Virus record (IMG/VR): IMGVR_UViG_3300021255_002777 | Location: 1 to 64,000 of that record | Reading direction: 5' to 3' (one strand) | DNA from: a virus | Taxonomy: Duplodnaviria; Caudoviricetes | Length of the DNA: 64,000 bases | Shown here: piece after piece, positions 54,974 to 64,000 of the stretch | Numbering within the stretch: the first letter of the stretch is position 1 | Layout of the letters: every line of letters starts with the position of its first letter | Position numbers and translations under genes: made by a program | Notes under the pieces: generated by a model | Told to the model about the DNA's origin: nothing | Databases searched by the model: none | Seen by the model: the letters and a program-made list of their open reading frames with translations, nothing else

Positions 54974-56485
54974 TTATGCAGAGAGCATGTTGGGGATAAT
55001 GCTCATGGTGCGGGTGGGATCGAGAACCATGATTCCAAGCTGTGCCATCTTGTGGATGACTGCGCTATCCTCATCATAGCTCATGTAGGGATTGTACGAA
55101 GTGCCCAGGAACGGATTGCGCATACCTGCTTGATAGCCACGGTACTCAGGCTTGCCCTTAATCTCACAAATCTGGATGTTGGGCTGGTCCATAGTACCGA
55201 TATCAAAGATATCATAGCGGTAACTCATTGCAGGGCCTCCAAGGTAGTGCTCAACCTTGTTACGTACAGGGTCATCATAGAACGGGTCAACCTCGACCTT
55301 CAATACCAAGCCGTTGGGAGCACGCCACTCGGTGAACTGGTAGCCGGCACTCAGTGAAGTGCTGTGCAGTTCGGAGTTAGTCTTCTTGATGGCACCCATT
55401 GCAGTTGCATCCATCTCAAAGGGGAGCCATCCGCTGACATCCTCCTTGACGGCCTTGTGGAACTGGGCTGCACCACGCTCACCAGTGCGCATAACGAAAT
55501 TACGCTCACCGAAATCAAGCTTAGCGGCACTCAGCTGATACAATGCATTCTCCAGCAGGCGTAGCGAGAAGTCACTGTAGTACATAGTATTGGCGACCTC
55601 CATCTGCTCAAACAGACCTGCACCAGTCTTAATGACACCACCGCTGCGGCCAATGTTGGTGTATTCACCGTTCTTGTTGCGGTTGCTGCGACCAAAGACA
55701 AGGGCGTTGTTCTTGTACTCGGAGAACTGCTCCTCGACCTTGTAGTCAACGTAGTACATCCAGGTGTCAATAACAGTGTGAGTGTAGCGGCCGTTGGTCT
55801 GCTTAACAATAGGCAGACCTACTGCCAATTTCTTGTCAAGCATGTTGCCGGTCACCTTGTGCTGGATACGTACAGTGCTCCACTCATTGCGCATGGCAAC
55901 AGGAGTCGAGAAACGTACATCGCCTACCTTGCGGCTCAGCTCACGCTCAACGAATGCTGCCTCAATGGAGAAACGCTCACCAGCAAGCAGACGCTCAGCG
56001 GGAACACCGTCGGTATTACCACCGCCAAGCTCTACCTTATAGACGGCGCGAGTACCTTCCATGCGGGCATTCTCAATGATGCGGAACTGGTAAACCTCGT
56101 TCAAGTTACCTACAATGTACTCACCGAGAGCGAACCAGTCCTCATCGAATACCAGCTCGAAGGGTGCAGTGCCTGCACCAATCATAGCACCGTTGTTGGT
56201 GACTTTTACACCGTTCTCATCACGGGCTTCAACCAGAGGAATGTTACGACGGCTGGAGCCAATGACGTTCCAATAGAACTCCTCGTCGTTGTCAAACTGC
56301 TTGCGAGGCAGGCGATTCAACAGGCTCTCAAGGGTATTGCCTTTCTTGAAGGCGAGCAGCTCAATCATCGTGTTGGTGGCGAGCTGGGGCTTGCGCTGGA
56401 AAATAGCACCCAGGTGGTTGTCTTTGGTCATGCCTTTCCAGGTCTTAAAGCCGATAGTCTGAAATCTACTAAGTCTTCCTGACAT
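54974..56485 (-). CDS. Major capsid protein (crAss-type HK97 fold)
   Basis: F..WKG.T.DNHLGAIFQ..PQ, YW.VIGSSRRNIPLVEA, MRNEWS..RI..KV.G, G..I..G.GL.EQM and D..YDD.VRNK..H motifs, recalled from crAss-like capsids. Confidence 0.92.
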   Translation of the reverse strand: MSGRLSRFQTIGFKTWKGMTKDNHLGAIFQRKPQLATNTMIELLAFKKGNTLESLLNRLPRKQFDNDEEFYWNVIGSSRRNIPLVEARDENGVKVTNNGAMIGAGTAPFELVFDEDWFALGEYIVGNLNEVYQFRIIENARMEGTRAVYKVELGGGNTDGVPAERLLAGERFSIEAAFVERELSRKVGDVRFSTPVAMRNEWSTVRIQHKVTGNMLDKKLAVGLPIVKQTNGRYTHTVIDTWMYYVDYKVEEQFSEYKNNALVFGRSNRNKNGEYTNIGRSGGVIKTGAGLFEQMEVANTMYYSDFSLRLLENALYQLSAAKLDFGERNFVMRTGERGAAQFHKAVKEDVSGWLPFEMDATAMGAIKKTNSELHSTSLSAGYQFTEWRAPNGLVLKVEVDPFYDDPVRNKVEHYLGGPAMSYRYDIFDIGTMDQPNIQICEIKGKPEYRGYQAGMRNPFLGTSYNPYMSYDEDSAVIHKMAQLGIMVLDPTRTMSIIPNMLSA

Positions 56486-56537
56486 AATTGTATAATTTAA
56501 GGATTAAGATATTTCATTTGTCGCCGCCATGAATACA

Positions 56538-57638
56538 TCAGACATCAAGCTCGAAATCATCAATGAACGAGTTCTGGTCTGTGTTGACTCCTGTGAGCAG
56601 GTTCAGGCTCCCATCCGGGTTGCGGCTTGTGCTGTTGATGACACGCTCAAGGTCTGCCAAGCCTTTGCTGGTTCTGCGGTTGACCTCACCCTTGACAAGA
56701 TTGTTGATGTTCTTGAACCCATCGGTGAGGACATACAGCAGCCCTACATTGCGGCTGAACTGGTCAGGGTCTGAACGCTGCACCCACTGAAGCTCTGTAT
56801 AATAGTTGCCGTCATTATCGCGTTTAGTCGGCTTCGTTAATGCATCTAGCACACGGCGGCGGGTAGTACTGTCAACATCAACTGAACCGAACACCTTGTC
56901 ATCTTCCAACAGAGACTTCTCAAACTTCTTTGCTCTGTCGTCATAGGCTTTCTTGGCTTGCTCACGCTGCTGTTTTGCATCTTCAAGAACTCTATTGTAA
57001 CGGTTGCTGAAGAACTGCTTGTTGGCTTCAAACGCATCGCGTGCATCGTCGATGTCCGTGCCAGCATCCAGGGATTTCTTGATTTCCTTCAGCGCCTTCT
57101 CTTGAGAGTAGCCTCTATTCATCAAATCTTGATAGATGAGGCGGCGACGAAGATCTTCACCCTGTGAGTTCTTGGCTGTGAGCATCTCGTCATTGATTTG
57201 CTCAAGGTAAGCCAAAGCACCTTCATACTGTTGAATCTCTGTAGGTTCAACACCGTTTGACAAGGCCGCATTGATACGGCGTTGGCGCTCATCGAGACCT
57301 GCTTCAATCTGTTTGTCAATCAGGCTGCGGAAACTGCCTGCATCTTTCACAGCTGAAAGGGTCTCGTCATCGAGGTCAGGAAAAACCCCCTCCTCACGCA
57401 AAGCGGCGGCGATGGAGTTGAACAGGTTTGGCGTAGGAGAACCGGGCTGCTGCTGGGCAGGGGGTTCATTGTCGTTGCCTACGCTCTCCGAACCTTCATC
57501 AAGGTCCTCAACAACGGGTTCTTCTTCCTGATTTTCCTCTTCTTGTACCTGATCTTCACCTTCGTCAGAGTCGAGATTGGCAAGGATGCTGCCCAGCTCC
57601 TCGTCAGTGAAGATGTTGTCTGAATCCAATAATTCCAT
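56538..57638 (-). CDS. Putative capsid scaffolding protein
   Basis: Very acidic N-terminus and helical coiled-coil body, directly upstream of the capsid gene; AAGGAG upstream of the start. Confidence 0.6.
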   Translation of the reverse strand: MELLDSDNIFTDEELGSILANLDSDEGEDQVQEEENQEEEPVVEDLDEGSESVGNDNEPPAQQQPGSPTPNLFNSIAAALREEGVFPDLDDETLSAVKDAGSFRSLIDKQIEAGLDERQRRINAALSNGVEPTEIQQYEGALAYLEQINDEMLTAKNSQGEDLRRRLIYQDLMNRGYSQEKALKEIKKSLDAGTDIDDARDAFEANKQFFSNRYNRVLEDAKQQREQAKKAYDDRAKKFEKSLLEDDKVFGSVDVDSTTRRRVLDALTKPTKRDNDGNYYTELQWVQRSDPDQFSRNVGLLYVLTDGFKNINNLVKGEVNRRTSKGLADLERVINSTSRNPDGSLNLLTGVNTDQNSFIDDFELDV

Positions 57639-57693
57639 GCTTTAATCTCCTTTGTGTATGTAGTTTAACTGATTCGTGTACAGAATTGATGTG

Positions 57694-57701
57694 CAAATTT
57701 A
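57694..57701 (-). promoter_or_regulatory. Bacteroidota -7 promoter element (TAAATTTG) upstream of the scaffold and capsid genes
   Basis: TAnnTTTG match in the intergenic gap. Confidence 0.4.
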
Positions 57702-57770
57702 CATTGTTAAAAAAGTGACGGTTTGCAGTAAATGTTTTCACTAACAAACCGTACACACTTTTAGTAATCA

Positions 57771-57860
57771 TTACAGATTTACAGCATACCCTTTCAGTCC
57801 AGCCTTTGGAGACATTGGCTTTGGCCTCGTCGATTTTGATGCTACTCTCTTTGTTGCCAT
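57771..57860 (-). CDS. Small basic protein (29 aa)
   Basis: Manual translation MATKRVASKSTRPKPMSPKAGLKGYAVNL*; starts 1 nt after the upstream gene's stop. Confidence 0.45.
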   Translation of the reverse strand: MATKRVASKSTRPKPMSPKAGLKGYAVNL

Positions 57861-57861
57861 A

Positions 57862-58308
57862 TCACAAAAATGTCGCTATAAACACTGCAATAATTATACC
57901 AAGTTCGCCATTCCATTGAAGCCTGTCTATACCACCTGATGCTGTCAGGATAAGCGGGATAAACAGCAACATTGGAGATATTATGGCAAGCCATACAATA
58001 GAACCAGCACATGCAATGAACGCACCTGAGTAATGGTAACGTGCATCATCACCAGATGCGATTGAAGCACCGCCAGTCAGCAGCAGCCCTGCTCCAATAA
58101 AGAACACAAGCCACTGCCATGACTCTGGGGTGATTGTAAACATTTTGGGTAACACAAGGAAGGTGACTGTCCATATCATGAGCATAAACAACCAACGATT
58201 CCAATCAAGCCCAAGCCTAGATAGACTGTTCCTTGTCCCGTAAAACAGTGTTCCATAACTGATGTATAGGACAAATACAACTATCGCTGTATAGACTAAT
58301 GTGTTCAT
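57862..58308 (-). CDS. Multi-pass membrane protein
   Basis: Four to five hydrophobic helices; HY.GA..A motif. A holin role is possible but unsupported. Confidence 0.7.
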   Translation of the reverse strand: MNTLVYTAIVVFVLYISYGTLFYGTRNSLSRLGLDWNRWLFMLMIWTVTFLVLPKMFTITPESWQWLVFFIGAGLLLTGGASIASGDDARYHYSGAFIACAGSIVWLAIISPMLLFIPLILTASGGIDRLQWNGELGIIIAVFIATFL

Positions 58309-58856
58309 CAGAAACTCAGTTTTTCAGGATAGCCTTCAGTATAATCATAGTCACGCACCTTCTTAATAGAAGTGAGTTTGGATACGGCAAGTTTGTGCCT
58401 TTCTGTAGTGTTTAACGCTTCTGCCGCATATACTTCCAAAGCGGACAGCATCTGAAGCCACGTTGTGCAAGGGAATGTGTATTCAACACCATTGAAGATT
58501 TTGGTGCATTCCTCCGCTCCTGTGGCAACATAAGCTTCAACGCTGGTCTTAACCTGCTGCCTTACCTCATGACTGAGCCACATGGATGTACCATTGATGG
58601 TGAATTGTTCAACAGCGTCAGAAGAATCATAGTTCTCGATCTGCTGAATCTTTTCCTCTTTAGCGGCCCTGAGTTTCTCTGCTGCCGTAGGCTCTGGAGG
58701 TGTCCATTCAAGCCAGCCGGCGTCAATCATATCCTGATCAGTCGGATTGTAAATTGACATCTTGTATTTTACACCGTCAATCTCTTTTTCGGTATACAAC
58801 ACATTGCCTGTAAACAGGACTTCTTTCTCATCAATTATCTTGTAATACTGTTTCAT
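58308..58856 (-). CDS. DUF4376-like tail fibre assembly/chaperone protein (paralog of 41722..42291)
   Basis: MKQYYKII..., AKEEKIQQIENYDSSDAV..F.ING..MWL...LEVYA....NTTERHK...YDYTEGYPEKL. Confidence 0.75.
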   Translation of the reverse strand: MKQYYKIIDEKEVLFTGNVLYTEKEIDGVKYKMSIYNPTDQDMIDAGWLEWTPPEPTAAEKLRAAKEEKIQQIENYDSSDAVEQFTINGTSMWLSHEVRQQVKTSVEAYVATGAEECTKIFNGVEYTFPCTTWLQMLSALEVYAAEALNTTERHKLAVSKLTSIKKVRDYDYTEGYPEKLSF

Positions 58857-58868
58857 ATGTCATTTTAT

Positions 58869-59207
58869 TTATATTACTGTCCCATTATAGAATGCATATA
58901 CAGTAATGTATACAACACCAGTCACATTCGGTATATTGATAACCCGTGTTGAATCCAAATCACTGCCACTGACATACGGTGACCCCAAAACTGTCGGTCC
59001 CATCTGCAGTGTGATGTCTAACGTGTTATATTTTGTGGGTCTGCTTACAGTAAGGTATAACGAACTACTGCCATCTGTTGGCATATAGATGATATCATCT
59101 CCTGGAACATTACCATTGCTGTCTGTTATGGATGCGCCGTTGTTGATTATAATTACAGAACGGTCATCCTCATGGTAGCCCAACACTCTTCGTCTTAAGT
59201 CATTCAT
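58869..59207 (-). CDS. Small Ig-like / bacterial-repeat fibre tip protein
   Basis: MNDLRRRVL N-terminus; ITLQMG...I.IPNVTG.V.ITV beta-sandwich pattern. Confidence 0.6.
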   Translation of the reverse strand: MNDLRRRVLGYHEDDRSVIIINNGASITDSNGNVPGDDIIYMPTDGSSSLYLTVSRPTKYNTLDITLQMGPTVLGSPYVSGSDLDSTRVINIPNVTGVVYITVYAFYNGTVI

Positions 59208-59212
59208 TGTGG

Positions 59213-60388
59213 TTAGCGTTCATCTTGTTCTGTACCTGTAACAGTCACATCAACGTATGACAACACACTGTCAAAAATATGGTATTCGTAAGTGTGTCCT
59301 GCTAAAAGAGGCGGATTGGAATCTGCCAAGTTGCAGCCCGTTGCCCACGAGAGCAATCCAATTTGGAATGGCAATCTTAGTACCAAGAATCTTCCGCACA
59401 CATCAATCAGATTACCTCCAGGAATGACATCAATAAGCGTGGTATCAAGATTGATGCCACCATCGTCCTCCCTCCTAACATAATCTATATATTCGTTAAC
59501 CTGAAGAACGGTTCTTGGGTTGCCATCTTCAATGCATAAAGTGTTGATGGACAGTGTCCGCTCAACATTAACAATCACAGGGATGTAGGTTGAAACAATG
59601 CTATGTTTAAATCTTAACCATAATCCGTATCTTGGAAAATAATAAATGACATCTGGTTCGATATCTCTACGTTTGAGGGATATTGTGCCAGTATTCCCAT
59701 CGATGGTAATGTCGTAAATAAAGCCGAAGAACTCATTTGGTAAATTAGTACGCTTACAGTCAAAACAACTGAATGTCAATGTATTGCCATCAATATCATT
59801 ACTATCAATATTAAATAGTCCATACTGAGCCAAAACATGATCATTGATCACTTCCGTGAATTCATCTGCTGTAAAAGTAAGATTGTCTTTGAAAAAAACA
59901 CCATTTGCTATAGACTCCTTGTATTCAGGAGTTTCAACGATATTGTATTTAGTATTTCCAAGAAAAAACGGAGCACCGTATTTACCCATGTTCTCAACAG
60001 GATAGCCAGTTGAACCACCTCCACCAGCATTCGTGTCTTTTGCAATACCATCTGAAATCTGCAAAGAGAATCCATTGCTGAGACTCGGCTGTGACCCTCC
60101 AGCCCAACTGACATCAGGCGGCAGTACAATGGTATTACTGTTCATCACACCAGCATCAGCTTCAAGGTAATAGAAACCTTTGCGGTTATGAAGTGTGGGA
60201 TATAATTCAATCTCTATATCAATGGTTTGCGGATTATGAAGTCTGTACCAGATGCCTGGCTTAAGTACAAGTTTATTATACTCAGTCCCATACAAATCTT
60301 CAATAGGGATTCCGTGTGCTAGTGTTTCCCGCATGGTTTGGTACGACTTACCAAGACCTTGGTCTGTTACTATGCTATGTTTTGACAT
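59213..60388 (-). CDS. Tail fibre-associated protein with two W..P..Y.I.I-type adaptor domains
   Basis: N-terminal LKPGIWY...LPPDVSW.GGSQP...LQISDGIA and C-terminal NPPLLAGHTYEYHIFD. Confidence 0.55.
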   Translation of the reverse strand: MSKHSIVTDQGLGKSYQTMRETLAHGIPIEDLYGTEYNKLVLKPGIWYRLHNPQTIDIEIELYPTLHNRKGFYYLEADAGVMNSNTIVLPPDVSWAGGSQPSLSNGFSLQISDGIAKDTNAGGGGSTGYPVENMGKYGAPFFLGNTKYNIVETPEYKESIANGVFFKDNLTFTADEFTEVINDHVLAQYGLFNIDSNDIDGNTLTFSCFDCKRTNLPNEFFGFIYDITIDGNTGTISLKRRDIEPDVIYYFPRYGLWLRFKHSIVSTYIPVIVNVERTLSINTLCIEDGNPRTVLQVNEYIDYVRREDDGGINLDTTLIDVIPGGNLIDVCGRFLVLRLPFQIGLLSWATGCNLADSNPPLLAGHTYEYHIFDSVLSYVDVTVTGTEQDER

Positions 60389-60400
60389 ATGTTCTAAATA

Positions 60401-61111
60401 TTAAGCGTCTATAATGTAATAAGTGGCAATCCAATTTAAGATGTGGATCTGAATACGTTTCCCACCAAGAGTGCTCCAAGTTGGCTCACCTTGCGGCCAT
60501 ACTACGGAGTCCGCTGATACTCGGTTAGTAAATGCTACTGCAGGTTCCACATTACTTGGAAAGATAAACTCAAGCCAGTATTCATTGATTTTATGAGAGA
60601 ACCCACGAAGGGTAACTGTGATTGACGGATAGTTCTCAAATATACAATACTGGCCAGACCATGCTAGACCAGAAGGATTGGAATAGCCAGAATCGTAAGT
60701 CTCTAGGTGACCCGAATAAAACCGATATTTGCTTGTCAATATGGAACCACCACCATAAGGCCCATCTGCTCTTGTTACGACGTCTTCCGGGGAAGTAGGG
60801 AACGCATATGAGATAGGCAGACTCTGTTTATCAAATGCACGCAGTTCAACCATACCGACGGAATACGCTTCTGGATTTTCACTAAAGGAAATTATGTTAC
60901 CCTGTTGTGGAAACACAAGATTTACGCTGCCTTTGCCCTCTGGTCCAACAAATGAAAGAGCATCAAACCTTTCATCATAGGACATTGTTACTTTGTCACT
61001 AACCTTCAATGAACTAACCTCAGCAGCACTACCCTTGCTGATCTTAGTATTGATACGATTTAATAAATCGTTATAGATTTTCTTAAGTTGGTCTAACGTT
61101 ATCAGCTTCAT
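60401..61111 (-). CDS. Tail fibre-associated protein
   Basis: N-terminal LITLDQLKKIYNDL; C-terminal NEYWLEF...VVWPQGEP...IQIHILNWIA domain. Confidence 0.55.
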   Translation of the reverse strand: MKLITLDQLKKIYNDLLNRINTKISKGSAAEVSSLKVSDKVTMSYDERFDALSFVGPEGKGSVNLVFPQQGNIISFSENPEAYSVGMVELRAFDKQSLPISYAFPTSPEDVVTRADGPYGGGSILTSKYRFYSGHLETYDSGYSNPSGLAWSGQYCIFENYPSITVTLRGFSHKINEYWLEFIFPSNVEPAVAFTNRVSADSVVWPQGEPTWSTLGGKRIQIHILNWIATYYIIDA

Positions 61112-61112
61112 A

Positions 61113-61880
61113 TTACTGTGTGATTATGCCACTGATGTCAGTGTCGGTTGCTATGTCATAAGTAGTATCAGTATCAGGAAGGACAGTTGTGGTTGTCTCT
61201 TTGCTGATTTCATTTAACAAACCCGTGTTCATGTCACGGTAATAGAATCGATCTGTTCCGATACAATAGTACAGAGTGAACGGCATTACCGCGCCAATGA
61301 ACTCAGTCTCCGAAACAATAGCCATATTTGTTCCAGGGGCGATAGATGTGTCTGTCACAAGATACAGACCAGTAGATGCGCCGAAGGGGGCTGTTGAAAT
61401 ATTGCTGGATGTCGGAGCAATATAATAAATAAGTTCACCGACAGCAGCCGTAAACCTAAGGCTAAGACCAACTGTGTTACCGTTTGCATATTGGTTAAAC
61501 ACGCAAGGCATCGGATTTACAGTAAAGTTGTAGTTTGTGCCATTAGTGTCAACAAGCACTTTCCTATCAGCCTTCCCGTCAAGCTGTACCGAATCCACAA
61601 GGTCTCCTCCAGTCAACGGAATACGGGTAATGTTACCATCACACGTAATCATAATGTAAGTCGGGTTGTTTGGAATCGTAGTCTTCATGATACTGAAGAT
61701 GGCTTGTGTATCCGACTCATTTAACGTCATAACCTTTGTGTTGAAAGGTTGAGTAACATCGCCATTTAATTTGGCATACTTACTATCGGCAGTAGCAGTA
61801 TTCATGAACTTAGTGCGCAGAGCATTGTAAAACGTCTGCAATCCGCCAAGAGTAATAAGAGCATTTGTATTTTCTGCCAT
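61113..61880 (-). CDS. Tail fibre-associated protein
   Basis: N-terminal LITLGGLQTFYNAL; YAKLNGD..QPF; C-terminal IATDTDISGII. Confidence 0.55.
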   Translation of the reverse strand: MAENTNALITLGGLQTFYNALRTKFMNTATADSKYAKLNGDVTQPFNTKVMTLNESDTQAIFSIMKTTIPNNPTYIMITCDGNITRIPLTGGDLVDSVQLDGKADRKVLVDTNGTNYNFTVNPMPCVFNQYANGNTVGLSLRFTAAVGELIYYIAPTSSNISTAPFGASTGLYLVTDTSIAPGTNMAIVSETEFIGAVMPFTLYYCIGTDRFYYRDMNTGLLNEISKETTTTVLPDTDTTYDIATDTDISGIITQ

Positions 61881-61887
61881 AATATAA

Positions 61888-62334
61888 TTAGTTTAAAATG
61901 TTCAGTATTTGTTCATTAGTAGCTGCAGTCGGGAAAGGATACTTACCGTAGATAATGTCAATCAACCCGCCTAAAGCACCGGCTACAGTTGTTGATGATA
62001 TAGCGCTGTTACTGAAGGTAATGGCACTTGCCGTTAATGGAGCTCCTTCATAAGTAGTCTTAGTCGAAGCTAACGAGTACAATTCGTTAAGCGCACTGAT
62101 TAGATCAGTTGCCTCCAACCCTTCAACGTCAACATCAGTAGACAACACATCAACAGAGTTAGCAACGTATGCTGCCAACATAGGTAAATCAACTCTTACA
62201 TTCTTGCCGTCAGACACGACAACAACTGTAGAGTCGTCGTCAATATATTCCGCCTTCGGGAACTCACTGTCACGAACAGAAATCCGCGACAGGTACCTGG
62301 CTATATCCTGATAATTTTGCTTTGTTAGAACCAT
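61888..62334 (-). CDS. Fibre base protein
   Basis: LSRISVRDSEFP...VVVSDGKNVRV N-terminus; ATDLISALNELY, TTVAGALGGL; C-terminal AATNEQILNIL. Confidence 0.5.
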   Translation of the reverse strand: MVLTKQNYQDIARYLSRISVRDSEFPKAEYIDDDSTVVVVSDGKNVRVDLPMLAAYVANSVDVLSTDVDVEGLEATDLISALNELYSLASTKTTYEGAPLTASAITFSNSAISSTTVAGALGGLIDIIYGKYPFPTAATNEQILNILN

Positions 62335-62345
62335 ATTATCTTATA

Positions 62346-64000
62346 TTAATTTGTAACAGTATTACCAGTGGCATCAACAAACTCAAGACCTGCATCAGTG
62401 AACTCGCGCAATGCCATATTCGGTGTCTTGCGATAGATTGCTTTGCCAAGCGTGGTATCAAAGTACGCAGCACCTTGACGTGTAAACCAGGGCCTTTCCG
62501 CACTTGAACCGGATTTGGCATCTGGAATGTGGGGCGCGGCACTGCCTGCTGAGCCCTTGGCAAGTTTTGCAGATACTCTGTTGTCGGAAAAGACGAAGTA
62601 CATCTTGTTGCTTGGCATCGTGAAGTTGAAGATATAGTTTCCGTCGATTTCAAAGTCACACCGATTAAACTCCAGATGGGCCGTTGCCGGATTGGTAGCA
62701 TTCAACACACCAGTAGCAACCATATGGGTCTCTGTCGATGACCCGACTTTTACTGTGGTTGACTCTGCGTTGCCTTCATTGTAGGTGTAATCAATACCAG
62801 CCTTGGCGAGGTTGGTGAAGTCGATGGCATCGCCAGCAGCAAACGTGGTCACTCCGTCAGCAACGCTTTTGCGGATATAATATTTGCCTGCGGTGGTGTC
62901 ATGATATACTTCCGCATCAGTGATGTCGTTAATTGCGCTAAACGTGCCGGACTGCTTCGACGATTTGCCATGCAGCGTGCAACACTCAAAGCGGTAGGTG
63001 ATGTCCTTGTACCACTTTGCACTATCATACCAAGCAAATTTTTTAGGAGCAGCCATGTAGTTTTGGTAACAGAACGATGACGATATGTTCTCCAACGAGA
63101 TATCACAGCCCACAAAATGAACGACAAACTTATATCGCGGGTCGGTTATATTGCCGTTGCTATCCTTGTTGCGGTATTTTGCGTATGGCGCAGCAACTTG
63201 TGACAGCAGATTCATTCCGCGCACATTAATCGCATACAGATGAATCGTATCCGTCCCATTGCCATCTGATCCGCACAACTTGAAAGCACTGTTATTGAGC
63301 CTGCAATTCTCAATGCGGTTGACATACCAGTTGGTGCCTCCTTCGATGTAACTGTTGGTCAGCGTTTCAAAGTAGGCGGTACTGTTACTCAAGAACTTGA
63401 TATGACAGTTATCGTAGTGCCTGTGCAACCTGAAGCCAGACATGATAGCCTTGCTATGAGCAGGCTCCACATTGCTATTGTCACGAATCTCGATATAGCA
63501 GTTTTTGATGTTATAGTAGGTATTGTATCTTACCGAATACTTTGGAGCGGAACACGAGATATAAGTGTTGTTGGTGTAATTCAACACTCGGCGCATCAGA
63601 CTCTTGGGAACACTCGACACATTATGACCCCAGTTGCTGTATGAACTCGATACTGATGTATCATAGAACTTGTTGCCGTCTATGTTGGCGACGAAGCAGT
63701 TGCCGATAGCGGGATTACAGCCATAGCAGATGTTGTTGCGGAAATCCAGACGCATGATGGTCGGGAACAACAGTTTGCCTGTGCTCTGACCAGAGAAGAA
63801 GATACAGCCCTCTATGGTGCAGTGGTTGCTGGCCGCATCCTCAAAGTCGATGTGATAATTGGTATTATCCGCCGTGAACACGGGTAATGCACCCTGGTCA
63901 GCTGAGGTTGTGTTGTACTGCTGCTTGCCGAAAATGCAGTTACGCATCACCACATTGCAGGCACCGCCACTGATTCCTCCGCGGGCATTGTCATGGATAT
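62346..64000 (-). CDS. Parallel beta-helix tail spike/fibre, 5'-truncated by the window edge
   Basis: The frame stays open past 63953 to the edge (IHDNARGGISGGACNVVMRNCIFG). Asn/Cys-rich beta-helix rungs (IEGCIF, FRNNICY, IDGNKFY); C-terminal RP...YFDTTLGK.I...VDATG module. Confidence 0.7.
   Translation of the reverse strand, partial: IHDNARGGISGGACNVVMRNCIFGKQQYNTTSADQGALPVFTADNTNYHIDFEDAASNHCTIEGCIFFSGQSTGKLLFPTIMRLDFRNNICYGCNPAIGNCFVANIDGNKFYDTSVSSSYSNWGHNVSSVPKSLMRRVLNYTNNTYISCSAPKYSVRYNTYYNIKNCYIEIRDNSNVEPAHSKAIMSGFRLHRHYDNCHIKFLSNSTAYFETLTNSYIEGGTNWYVNRIENCRLNNSAFKLCGSDGNGTDTIHLYAINVRGMNLLSQVAAPYAKYRNKDSNGNITDPRYKFVVHFVGCDISLENISSSFCYQNYMAAPKKFAWYDSAKWYKDITYRFECCTLHGKSSKQSGTFSAINDITDAEVYHDTTAGKYYIRKSVADGVTTFAAGDAIDFTNLAKAGIDYTYNEGNAESTTVKVGSSTETHMVATGVLNATNPATAHLEFNRCDFEIDGNYIFNFTMPSNKMYFVFSDNRVSAKLAKGSAGSAAPHIPDAKSGSSAERPWFTRQGAAYFDTTLGKAIYRKTPNMALREFTDAGLEFVDATGNTVTN

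Noticed and set aside
9537-63644. Numerous antisense or alternate-frame ORFs of 60-362 aa (e.g. 29021..30109, 34375..35214, 52209..52964)
   Set aside because: They are shadows of long real genes, with no recognisable motifs or initiation signals.
1-64000. Stop-codon reassignment (TAG to Gln or TGA to Trp), as in some Crassvirales
   Set aside because: The giant genes are fully open in the standard code, coding density is high, TAG and TGA both end plausible genes, and no suppressor tRNA is visible.
1-64000. tRNA genes or CRISPR arrays
   Set aside because: Intergenic gaps are short. None shows a cloverleaf with a T-loop consensus or regularly spaced repeats.

Overview
This window is about 64 kb of a crAss-like bacteriophage (Crassvirales). 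The major capsid protein resembles my recollection of the PhiCrAss001/Steigviridae type. The host is probably a Bacteroidota member (Prevotella/Bacteroides-like), judged from TAnnTTTG promoters, BspA-type LRRs and dockerin repeats. Bases 1-4125 hold small, overlapping + strand accessory genes that end at a terminator and hairpin cluster. The rest is the virion module, almost all on the - strand. Read from right to left it contains: a beta-helix spike and fibre genes, a putative scaffold, the major capsid protein, ring, auxiliary-capsid and tail-hub genes, an IHF-like gene, a second fibre cluster, the muzzle, cargo proteins, a 2492-aa ejection protein, a 4555-aa virion RNA polymerase (on the opposite strand), and four peptidoglycan-related genes. 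The most notable observations are: (1) two fibre clusters in which a C-terminal motif of one protein is followed by a recurring N-terminal motif in the next, suggesting daisy-chained fibres, one anchored on an extended ring protein; (2) a three-loop dockerin-like insertion in a core tail-hub protein; (3) a convergent pair of papain-fold genes with opposite catalytic order in an AT-rich island; (4) a recurring aromatic-x-x-GG motif that separates modules in the cargo proteins. No tRNA, CRISPR array, reverse transcriptase, intein or stop-codon recoding was seen. All family assignments come from motif recognition by eye, not from database searches.
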